DNA of 64,000 nucleotides, from the NCBI GenBank assembly GCA_964187785.1, contig OZ076409.1:21640001-21704000 (forward strand), given 5' to 3'. Below the pieces are notes generated by a model. That model had not been told where the DNA came from. It searched no databases and saw nothing but the letters and a program-made list of their open reading frames with translations. The DNA is from Amphiscolops sp. MND2022. Its lineage: Eukaryota. Position numbers and translations under genes: made by a program. Below, in pieces: positions 54,901 through 64,000 of the stretch (positions within the stretch are counted from its first letter, which is position 1; every line of letters starts with the position of its first letter).

Positions 54901-57900
54901 ACAAAAAAGCTTTTTGTCAGCATCAAATAATTCATCACATTTCAGCATGATAACGCAGTTAAGCATCACGAAGCATAACCGAAAAAAAAGGAAAAAAGAA
55001 AACTACTGAATGAAGGAGACAAAACGGAACTGCGGTCCCGAGGCGGAAGACGTTTATGACATGCATTGAATACAAGCCGCACAATCAATATAAGCAATCA
55101 AAACCTTTCATTGTTTCCGGCATGAGAACTCGGATGAGCATCAAGGAAGTTTCCAAAAAAATTGAAGAAAACTTGATACTCAAAAAATTGAAAGTGTCCT
55201 CCTGAAGGCAAATAACTAAATCGCAAAATATCTAGAGGTTCAAAACCACACGCTACGTTTTATCAGCATTCAAAAATTCATCACATTTCAGCATGATAAC
55301 GCAGTTGAGCATCACTGAACTTAACTAAAAGACAAGACTACCCCTGCCCTGATGCCAGAGAGAAATTACATTAACACAGAAAAAATCCGTCCATTGTCAG
55401 CATTCATAAAGTTGCTCCATAATCAGCAAGATGCAGTGGAACATGGCATGAGGGTGCAGTGCAGAAAGATGTACGTTAGATATTAGACAAACTTGAACAT
55501 TCAAAATTTGAGAACAGTTATCGCATTTACAAGAGCATCGAATGTACAAAAAAGCCACTTGTCAGAATAAAAAAATCCATCACATTTCAGCATGATAACG
55601 CAGTTAGGCATCACGAAAATAACCAGAAGATAAACGACTGAGGAACCCAAAATGGAACTTTGAAAACTGCTTCACGAAGCGGAAGACATTTACGACAAGT
55701 ACAGAATAGAAGCCGCACATAAGCAATCGAAATGTTTCATAATTTTCATCATAACTCGCATTACCAACAAGGAAGTTTACAAAAAGAAAACAAATGGAAG
55801 GAAATATAAACTCGAAGTTAAAAACCGAAAGCTGTCCTCTTAAAGGCGAAGACAAATGGCAGGTTCAAAAACAAGCTACTTGTCAGCATTTTGAAACCTA
55901 ACAACACTTGATAACTAGCATAACGCAGATAAGCATCACAGAACATTGCAGAAAGAAACTAGTGAAGGAATCGAGCAAATTCGAACATTCAAAAAAGTTG
56001 ATAGTTAGGCAGCACGGATCAAAACGAAATTACTACTCCCGTGATGCCAAAGACAAATCACATGAACAAAGAAAAGAAAGTACCGTCAGCATTTGAAACG
56101 TTTCCATATTTTCAGCAAGCTAAACATGGCGGCGTCAGCTTGCAAAAAGGAAACTACCGAAGGCATTAGACAAACTTGAACAGTCAAAAAGTTGAAAACA
56201 GTTATCCTGATGTCAAGGACATCGAATTTACAGAAAAGCTACTTATTGTCAGCTATCAAAAAAACATCACGTTTCAGGATGATAACGCAGTTAAGCATCA
56301 CGGAGCATTAGAAAAAGAATCTGGTGAAAGAATTAGATAAACTTGATCAGTCATAAATCTCCGGATAACTAAACAATTGAGCAAGCTGTTCCAATTGATT
56401 GAATCGAAATATCAGAAGCTTGCGATTAATTTCTGTCCAAAGGAATTAAGAACAACTTCGAAAAAAAAACGATCATTGAGGTCGTGTAAACTTGATTCTA
56501 GTAATACTCGAAAAGAATAAAAGTGCAGTAATCAGCTTTACTAAGGACAATTTGAAGGTATTCATCTGCTGATTCGAACGAATGCCAAAAATGAGAACAG
56601 AAGAAAAAGCTTCTGAAAATCATTATTCGACTTTTTGTATTTGCAGACACTTCAATTTTGGAATTCAAGTTAAATTTCAAGTTCATGCTATTAGCTATGC
56701 TCGAGCCCTAGAATTATGCTGTTCATATTTTTTTTTTGAAAAAGCGACAAGTAAGTCTTACCCCAGTCATCACGTTCACCGTTGACTGCAGCCGCCAGCT
56801 TGCTAATTTGCTTACAAACATTTTGACCGTCTTCGTAGGAGCTGATCAACATTCTTTGTTGACAAATTATAGCATTCAATCGCCCAAAAACGGGCCACAG
56901 AACTCCGCACAAGAGACAAAGAGCCAACTGAAAGCTTTGAGCATTGTTCTGAGACCTAAAACTAAAAACGTCTCAGCAATCAATAATGAAAACAGATAAG
57001 AGAGAACGCAAAACTTACTTGAGCAGAAGTTGTTTTAGTTCACCGATCTCAATCTCTTGACTAGTCCTCAAATTTTGAAGCATCTCGATTTTTTCGCTGC
57101 TGTCTTCTGCCCATTTTTGTGCGTCCTGAAACAGACTAGTTGCTTTCTCTAAACCACAAACAAACTCTGAATAGGCCACTTTCTCCGAATATGATCAACT
57201 CTGCGTTTTTGAGCCTTGAGCGGGTGCCGACTTTCGACACATTTTTTCATTTCTCCAATGGGTCTCCTTTTTCATGAGAACTTTGAAATTATACAGATTT
57301 CGAAATTTTTGAGCCTTATGTACAGCACCGACTTTATTAAATTTCACAAAAAGGCCCTTTGGTTTTCGATGTGTCGAATTAGGAACAAGCGTTTTGAGTC
57401 CAAAAAGTCTCTCCTTCGAACGTTTTTTCAGCATTGAGATTTTTCAGACCTCAGAGTATTTTCAAGAGTTCGCACTTTCTCATTTTTTTTCAGTACAGAT
57501 AATTAAACAACCATGTTGAGAAACATTGAACCCCGGAAATTAGATGTTTTCCTCCCTATTCACGAAACGTTTGATAATTTTGAGTGTACGTTGCTAGAAG
57601 ACCCTTTGATGTTTGCATCTAACGATCCTCACTTTTAGTTTCTGCTGCAATTCTTCAACTACATCCTGATAATGTTGTTCATTCCTCAACGCCTCACTGG
57701 TGATTGACTGGTACTGATGGGAGAACTTGGCTTTGAGAGAGTTCAACTCCGACTCGTGGTTTGCACTCATCTCGTCCATGGCTTCGTCTTTGCGCAGACA
57801 ATTGAACTCCAAGTCACGTGACTGAAAAACACCATATTTGGTCAGACTAATTCTCCAACTATAACAAATTCTGCGTGATTTTATATAAAGGGTATGGTAG

Positions 57901-60900
57901 AGACGAGTCTATGTTTCAAAAATGGACCCTGTGACTATTCAGGAGTCCAACTCTTCGTTCATTTGCACAAATTGAAAAGTTCCACTCGACGCCATAACTA
58001 AGGCTCTAATGTGAAATTTTGGGGGAAAAATCGGGAAAAACATTTTGGGGAAAAATGAAAACGTTATATACGAACTTTGAAAACGTTACATTCGAACTTT
58101 GAAAACGTTATGTCCGAACTTTGAAAACGTTAATTCCGAACTTTAATTTTGAAAACGTTACATTCGAATTTTGAAACGTTATATCCGAAATGAAATCAGG
58201 GTTGACCTTTCGGGTAAAGGTTGAACAAATGAACAAAAAAGGGCCATTTAGAGTGAAGAGAAAAAAATACTCACTGTAATAGTCGGGCTTTTTTCCTCAA
58301 GGGAAAAGGCGCCGACTGAAAATGAGGTGATAACATGACTCTGCTGCTAACCTTCTCTAGGCATTGTTTGTAGGAATTGAGGAACAACTCCAGATTTTCA
58401 ACTAGGTTGCTGAAGATTAGCTCCCACTCAGAAACTTCGGAAAGATTAGCATTCGTTTCTGGGTTGGACTCTTGGTTACTTTTCCCAGTCGATATCCTAC
58501 GTGCTGCGACAATCTTGTTGAAGACCAAAAGCACTTGCTTCTTCTTTGTCTGAAACGAAGTAAAGCTTCGTATAGTTTTTAGACACGTTTGTATAGTTCA
58601 CAAACGAACCGTTCTAGTTTTGGAGCAATGGATAAAAGAAATCGAAAATTTTAATGACAGTCATTCACATCAGAAGCGATTGACTGAAAAACAATATTTG
58701 TGAAACGTACAACTCACCTCATCATCAAGCTTTGCCTTCTTTCGGAAAAGAGTGATTTGATCAGCAAGACGATTAGCTCTTGTCTTCTGCTTCTCCCCGA
58801 AGTCCGCCAATTGCTTCCCATCTTCATGGGCGGCATTGATCTTCTGCTCCATTTCACATTTCTCCCTCTTCATTTTCTGCAACTCGTGAGCCTTGGAAGC
58901 AAGCTGTTCCTTCACTTCATCCAAAATCTGTTTGTTGTGCTCCAACGCTTCTTTGTACGAAGTCACTTCCACATTCACTGCCTTCAGACGATCCAACAGA
59001 GCTCCATTCTGAATAAGAGGTGGTTAATTCACGAAGTTACTTAGAATGACAGTTTGCCAAGACTGCCAAGACAAGACCATTTCCTAACATTTATGAGATC
59101 CACCTCCTATAACTAAAACTACTCTTCTGAAACTCTATCAAAAGAAATTTCCATTTTGAAAAATATATATTTCGAGGCTGTTTCTCCTTCAACATTGACC
59201 TAATTGTTTTTATTTCGGTCTAAATTGCCAGGCAGTTATTCAACAAAAGTGCCAAGAAACTGTTTTACCGACTACTATCTTCATATACAAACAAAAGGAA
59301 TCTCTAAGCAACAAGTAGTAACCTCAGCTCTACCAGCTTCCACTTGAGCACTGTATTGCTTCATCAGTGATGCGATTCCTTGAACCAGCTCTGCAGGCGA
59401 CACTGACTCCAAATTGCTCCCTTCTCCACTCGATGCAAAATCCTTCTCGTATACAGTACAGCCAGAACTTTCTTTGGTCGGTACCAGAACATCGTTTTTC
59501 TTTTTCTTACCTTTCGAAAATACGTTTATGAAATATATGTAATTACATCAGCTTAAAGAAAAATGTTATGATGATGATATCTATTATTGTCTGCAATGTC
59601 CATTTTTCAATGATCATCGTTACGTCCTGTCGATTTCCATATTGAGCGTAGGGATGGTAGAAATTCACGGAGAAGTTTGGTCAAAAGCCAAATTTCATGC
59701 TGGAATTGATGGAAAACTTAGAAAAACACGGGAGTTCAAAGACAAAGCACTTTTTGAAATCAGTTTCAAGAAACAGTAACTTTCCCGCAATAGCACATTT
59801 TAACGCAACAATTTGGAAAACGTTTATTCACATTGACCACTTCTCAAAATCTAAGAATTTCAGTGGGTAATAATTTGAAACACAGAGGCGAAGCGGTGCT
59901 TCGCAACACATGACGAAGACAACGATTATTTTAATATGCGTATATATATTATTTTAATAGCATGCGTATATATTCAACAGTTCAACTTTATTCAATAACG
60001 TCCTTATGGCACAGTGGTTAACACTTATGCCGCGCAATCGGGAGGCTGCAGGTTCGAATCTCTCTGGGGTTTTGGCTTTTCTCTAAAAGGGGCTTATTAT
60101 GAAGTTGGCTACTGTGGAAAAAAAAACTTTCTTAGCTGGACTGCAATGCACATTGACTTCGTCATGTGCAAAAAACTGGCAAGAACGACGTTTTAATTTG
60201 AGTGGATATTTCACTAAAAAATTTTACCAAACTGTCTTCAAAATTATTTTTGATCGTCGTTTACTCGTGAATGTCACGGATTAATGAATCCGGTTTTTCA
60301 CACAGAGGTCACGATTTCACACGCCGAGAATTTCTGCCATCTCTAGTTGAGCGTATAACTCCATGCATTATCTGTACGGCGCTTCATCGTTAATCAACTG
60401 GGGTTGTATCAATTTAAATGTATTATGGATCAAGGCACCAACTAAATGATTCGAAACAACGATGACAACTTTCTTTTTGGAAGGTGTGAAACACTTACTG
60501 GAAGACCTAGCAAGAGCCCTCTCTTGAGTCCTGCGACCACCAGCTTGGTTAGGGCCGCCATTCCAGGGCAGACTTTGACCACTTTTGCCAGCAGCAGTGT
60601 TTCCTCTAGATGACTCTACTTGAGCATGTTGCAGCAGCACTGCTTCAAGGTCCTTCATAGGGTCACCGTAAGTTTGCTCAAATTCCCTCTGAAAACATCC
60701 GTCATTATACACCACTACAACGTAACAAGACACCAGACATACGATTTAAGAGACAAGCCAACCTGTCTGATGATGGCTTGGTTAAGTTCAGAATTGATAG
60801 AGAGGAAGTTTTGGTTATACTCTTCCAGTTGCGCTCGCATCTCATCAACTTCGAATTTGGAACTTTGCAGCTCAGATTGAAGCACAACTTTTTCATTGTT

Positions 60901-63891
60901 GGAGCTGTAAAATTCAATTGCAGAGAATTATTGCAAAAAACTTCTCAAAAAAAAATCATCGTATCGAAAAACAAAAGTTTTCATATTGTACTCACTCTTC
61001 CAGCTCTTTCCTCAGCTGGTTGGTTTCATGTTTGCAGCTCTCGTATGTTTTGATGAGATCCCTACGACAAAAGAAAGGCGAAATCGGTTTGATGGATGTG
61101 GAAAGAATCAAAATAGCAAACAATGGACTACAAACGTGAGCTGTGTAGTTATTTTCTCAGTTTTCTCGGTCATACGATGTTTTTCAGTGACTTCACTTTT
61201 GAGTTTATTCTCCAATGCTTCGGCACGGCCCTGCAAACAGAAATTACCATCACGAATTCAGTTGAAGCTTTGTTCGAATTACTATTACTCGAGATAAAAT
61301 CACTAACAACGACTTGAGACAGCTTTTCGTCAGAGCAGAGAGCGTAGTTGTCGAACTCATCCTGAGTTTTCTCCCAATTTTTCTTCATGGCAAGAAGATC
61401 TTTCGAAAGATCATCAACTTTGAGTTCTAATGATTTGATCAAGCTAAAACCATCAACGTATATAGTTCAAACAAGACTGCGTGCTATCGTACCATCAGAA
61501 TTTGCGGAGACTTACTTATTCTGATCGGCTACTTTCTGACATAGAGCACCTCTTTCTGTGGACAGTGTGTGATTTTCCGACGCCAAGCAATCTATCTTGT
61601 TTCTCAAAACCTCTTCTTTTTGACAGAACTCAGCTTGGGTCATCTTCAATCGATCTTCAGTTTCTTTGCGTAATACGATCTCAGCTGATAGTTCCTCTGA
61701 AATGGAAATTTTATTCTGTCGAAAATGCAAACAATTAGAAAAGCTCCATTGATCATGTCCGAAAAACTAATGTTTGTAGACTAACCTCTTATATCTTCAA
61801 GCGCTTTGAAAGTTGTCGCAAGCTCGTCACTGCGCTCTTTCAACTCCGAAGATACAGTCTGAACTTTGGAAATAGAAGTGAACTCGGTTTGTTGTTTATC
61901 CGCTTCCAGTCGCTCCAACTTTGATTTCAACACTGTGTTCTCTGATAGAAGTTCGCAGATCTCGTCAGTGTACTTTGATGAAAAACTCACTTTCTCGCTT
62001 TCCAACGCTTTCAGCTTCCTTCGCAAATCTTTCACAGTGGCTAAAATATAAATGAGAAAAAAAAACGAATTATGCAGTTTGAAAAAAAATCAGTATCAAA
62101 GGTAGTGAGGAGTCAAAATAAGGGCGATGGAGTATTTACGAAGCAGCGGTTAAATTGTGGGGAATCAATTATCTGAGTTTCCTTTCTACTTCACAGTTCG
62201 AAGAGAGATTTCATGTAGTAACCAACAGGGAAGTGATGAGTTACCCCGAAACGCATTTATTATTATTAGGAATTTACAAATTTTCAAGGAAAAAGCCCGA
62301 ATATTACAGCGACTAGTTTTTTTTCGTCAGATAACAGAATGTATGCGTAGTGGACACTTTTTACAGAAACTACTAAACTACAGGACCGGCCAAGTCTGGC
62401 CAGTGAAAACACATCTAAGTTGGTGCAAAGGGTCCCCGCTCTCATTTTTTCTTTTTTTTTAAACGTAACAAACAAAACCGAACGAGACTAAAGGGTCTCC
62501 TCTTTCAATTTTTCCGGCACTTAGACTTTTCCAAAATTTTTAATGTCTCCAAATGTCACCAAAAACCTCCTTCAATTTTTGTGATATTTTGCAACAGAAT
62601 GGAGGTTAAAAACTACAAATGGTCCTTTTCAACATTTTTCGGCACTATGAGACTGTTCAAAATTCTCAATTTTGGTCTGAAACTAGGTTTTCTCTATATC
62701 CACAAAAAATTGAATACTGTCCGAATTTTGGAGGTTTGAAAATTTGCACTATATCCGAATTTTTGACGTCATATCCGAACTATAGTGCTTTTTACTGAGG
62801 AGGAGGCGTAGAATCAAAAAAGCACTCGCATTTGCTTCAGCACGGTACATCAACCCTGAAGCGTTTCCCGAGCACGAAAGGCACCCTTTAGGTATTTTGA
62901 AACTGTTTTCTGAGTTTATAAAAACGTTCTGCACATATTTCAAAACCTTTGCGCTTCTTGAGCCTTAGGTATAGCGCCGATATTAGATGTTCCCGTCTTA
63001 TCTTTATAGCATACGATATGTGATACTATACACACACTACATATAACTAGAATCTCCAAGTGTGGCTGGTGTCGACATTTGAACCTACAAGCCATTAGGC
63101 CGACTTCAGCAACACGTGAACACCTCGATCGATTTTGATGGACAAACCACAAGAACTGATTGGAAACATGAATACACTTTTTGAGAATGATGGCACATGC
63201 CCACAAATTCAACCGCCCCACATCCAAAAGCGGCCGCAGGGGGGAACTAAGACACAAGGTTCAAAAAACATATGTCGACATAGTTTGCGTTGAAATTTTG
63301 GTCAATGAAATATTTGATGTCGACAATACTATCCATTACATTGCTTGCCGCTCATTGGATTTTATCACAAGAAAACTTGCGTTGAAATATGGGCCTTTTT
63401 ATACGATTTTAGTTTGTTCCAAGCGTGAATTTCTGGTATTTTGGACCATAATATCAAAAAATTAGGGATTTTTTTGCCTGAAGTGTTAAAACAGTTGTAG
63501 AGACAATCATCCAAGTATTTACATTCATATAATACTCTCTAATTAGTGAAATTACTTCTATTCAAGAACAAAATGTGCTTTCGTGTTGGGGGATTAGCAA
63601 CAAGGTGTACTTGGGGGGGGGGATAGAACACATGGTCCATTCAACTTGGAGACTCAATATCAAGGAACTGAACCCTTTCGAAGATAACAAAATGAACGAC
63701 AAACCATTTTCATTGTCGCACTCTTCAAGCAGAAGTTTGTAGCGATCTGCCAAGGCACAGGCGTGTTTCTTCACTTCATCAGGGGACAACAGGTCGAAAT
63801 TGATGTGATCTAAAATATGGGCAGCCGCGGTCAAGTCCACTCTCTCACAACTACCGGAATCACCGTTGACGTCATCACTAGCAGCTACCAT
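30982..63891 (-). CDS. CCDC171: CCDC171-like coiled-coil protein, 22 coding exons, ~1445 aa
   Basis: Exons in transcription order: 63891-63705, 62040-61786, 61696-61516, 61443-61308, 61230-61136, 61061-60996, 60904-60763, 60688-60499, 59510-59323, 59008-58718, 58549-58352, 57821-57633, 57125-57019, 56955-56762, 43672-43376, 38976-38570, 38315-38133, 37831-37382, 34023-33967, 33889-33710, 32551-32331, 31105-30982. All introns are GT-AG and phase-consistent; total 4338 nt. Segments LRFRKGVICVLAANRL, CTELDGALLREKQAEDLLREQ, LALCLLCGVLWP and NIAALKQEL match vertebrate CCDC171 as I remember it. Confidence 0.85.
32559..32975 (-). mobile_element. Complete Helentron-like non-autonomous element (HINE), family 1
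   Basis: On the minus strand: 5' TTAGTCGGCGC...GCCCGACTA hairpin; 3' GCGCCGACT subTIR, AGACG-TTCC-CGTCT hairpin and TGTT. Flanked by T runs with no TSD. Confidence 0.75.
34034..34932 (-). mobile_element. Two nested family-1 HINEs (outer 34034-34932, inner 34387-34875)
   Basis: Two AACAAGACGGGAACGTCT termini and two terminal GCGCCGACTAA hairpins. The inner copy interrupts the TCTGACGAAAA A-run of the outer copy. Confidence 0.75.
35126..35419 (-). mobile_element. Helentron-like element, family 2, with tRNA-like cassette
   Basis: SubTIRs CACATGACGAAG / CTTCGTCATGTG, hairpin GCGAAGC-GGT-GCTTCGC, and a TGCACAT..ATGTGCA terminal hairpin. Internal TGGCACAGTGG and GGTTCGAATC lie on the + strand. 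Near-identical to 59879-60175. Confidence 0.7.
36913..37069. repeat. 53-bp tandem repeat x3
   Basis: Unit TGGTATGATGGGAAATCTTGATATAATTTCCAATTCGTATAAATTTTCGTACA at 36913, 36966 and 37019. Confidence 0.92.
37110..37345 (-). mobile_element. Truncated family-1 HINE
   Basis: AACAAGACTGAAACTGTCAAGTCCGCGCC...TTAGGCTCAAAAAGC terminus and GTCGCACAGTGCCGAAA. Confidence 0.55.
37382..37831 (-). CDS. CCDC171: CCDC171-like exon 18 (largest coding exon)
   Basis: AG/GT bounded, phase 0/0, SENMVSRDKY...SLMLPQ. Confidence 0.9.
40450..41127. mobile_element. Tc1/mariner-like MITE
   Basis: TA TSDs at 40448-49 and 41128-29. TIRs CAGTACTGTGATTAAGAAAACGTC and (reverse complement) CAGTCCTGTGATTAAGAAATCGTC. Confidence 0.82.
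42628..42857. repeat. ~26-bp minisatellite (GACTTGTGCAACCCAAATTYATTTT..), ~7 units in two blocks
   Basis: Units are directly visible; each block is preceded by CAACAAATATGATRAGTATTTTT. Confidence 0.9.
43376..43672 (-). CDS. CCDC171: CCDC171-like exon 15
   Basis: Contains LRFRKGVICVLAANRL; follows the 13,089-nt intron 43673-56761; phase 1/1. Confidence 0.9.
44079..44240. mobile_element. Small TIR element (MITE)
   Basis: CACTCAACTCCGCTTAAAACGA and (reverse complement) CACTCAACTCCGTTTATAACGA. TSD not preserved. Confidence 0.65.
44362..44557. mobile_element. Mutator-like MITE with 9-bp TSD
   Basis: TSD CGTTGAATA at 44353-44361 and 44558-44566. Imperfect TIRs GGGGACTCTTCAATTCGTC and (reverse complement) GGTGCCTATTCAATTCGTC. 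Confidence 0.72.
45011..45093. repeat. 83-bp palindrome (41-bp arms, 2 mismatches)
   Basis: CATCGCATAATTCAGTcAAAATCCCCGCACTaAAGTAACAT-C-ATGTTACTTcAGTGCGGGGATTTTcACTGAATTATGCGATG. Confidence 0.9.
50130..50390. repeat. Perfect inverted duplication (130-bp arms, 1-nt spacer at 50260)
   Basis: 50130-50259 is the exact reverse complement of 50261-50390. Confidence 0.95.
54215..54730 (-). mobile_element. Complete family-1 HINE variant inserted in the satellite, with a tRNA-like 3' half
   Basis: Termini AACAAGCCGGGAACGGCCCAAGTCGGCGCC and TAGTCTGCG...CGCAGACTAA. It splits the satellite A-run (GAACACAGAA|AAAGAAGCCGTCC) with no TSD. Minus strand carries GACGTGGGTTCGAGTCCCGCCC. Confidence 0.75.
58057..58190. 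repeat. ~22-bp tandem repeat (GAAAACGTTAYATYCGAACTTT) x~6
   Basis: Directly visible. Confidence 0.88.
58270..58320 (-). repeat. Isolated family-1 HINE terminal hairpin
   Basis: CACTGTAATAGTCGGGCTTTTTTCC-TCAA-GGGAAAAGGCGCCGACT. Confidence 0.6.
59879..60175 (-). mobile_element. Helentron-like element, family 2 (second copy)
   Basis: Near-identical to 35126-35419, including termini and tRNA-like cassette. Confidence 0.7.
62281..63002 (+). mobile_element. Family-1 HINE, opposite orientation, 5' end eroded
   Basis: Ends GAGCCTTAGGTATAGCGCCGATATTAGATGTTCCCGTCTT. Interior matches the reverse complement of 32559-32975. Confidence 0.65.
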
Positions 63892-64000
63892 GTTCTAATC
63901 TAAAAATGTGGCCTTGAAGCAAGTAATCAAAATGCAATGAAAAGAATTGCCTTTGCTTGAGTGAAAAAGCAGTGTCAACATTATAGATGCTAGGATATTT

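Larger units (their letters stand above)
45490..56350. repeat. Complex higher-order satellite array inside the CCDC171-like intron
   Basis: Roughly 30+ copies of the core CAGCATGATAACGCAGTTRAGCATCAC, separated by ~180-480-nt related linkers. Four near-identical ~975-bp higher-order units span ~47550-51595. Block ~46680-48500 recurs ~4.9 kb downstream. Confidence 0.95.

Noticed and set aside
45372..56096. Repeated 60-127-aa ORFs within the satellite
   Set aside because: They are Lys-rich by composition, and copies differ by frameshifting indels in A-runs. No domain is recognisable.
45960..56220. Hammerhead ribozyme cores suggested by recurring CTGATG + hairpin
   Set aside because: The motif is CTGATGT/CTGATGC rather than CTGANGA, and there is no properly placed GAAA with stems I and III.
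45490..56350. CRISPR-like array (constant ~30-nt repeat with intervening sequence)
   Set aside because: The linkers are 180-480 nt, homologous to each other and repeated. There are no cas genes and the context is a eukaryotic intron.
61697..61715. Upstream CAG acceptor for CCDC171-like exon 3
   Set aside because: It is out of phase with exon 2 and gives an immediate stop. The acceptor giving a start at 61696 keeps the frame.

Overview
AT-rich, repeat-dense DNA from an animal (probably an invertebrate), with GT-AG spliceosomal introns. There are two convergent host genes. One is a chondroitin GalNAc-transferase/CHSY-like glycosyltransferase (+, ~24.8-27.0 kb). The other is a CCDC171-like coiled-coil gene (-, 63891 to 30982) that I reconstructed by hand as 22 phase-consistent exons, about 1445 aa. 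The left third is mostly mobile-element remains: a decayed Ty3/gypsy, a decayed Penelope-like element, a near-intact CR1/L2-group LINE, and a fossil Polinton/adintovirus segment (major capsid, adenain protease, convergent pPolB). Several MITEs (piggyBac-, Tc1/mariner- and Mutator-like) are scattered through the window. At least three families of non-autonomous Helentron-like elements (HINEs) are present; many carry tRNA-like Pol III cassettes and have co-varying terminal hairpins. The 13-kb intron of the CCDC171-like gene holds an ~11-kb complex higher-order satellite with a perfect 130-bp-arm palindrome. Its most conserved ~53-nt motif reads C-D'-C'-D box-like on the host gene's sense strand. 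All family assignments come from motif recognition by eye; no searches were run.
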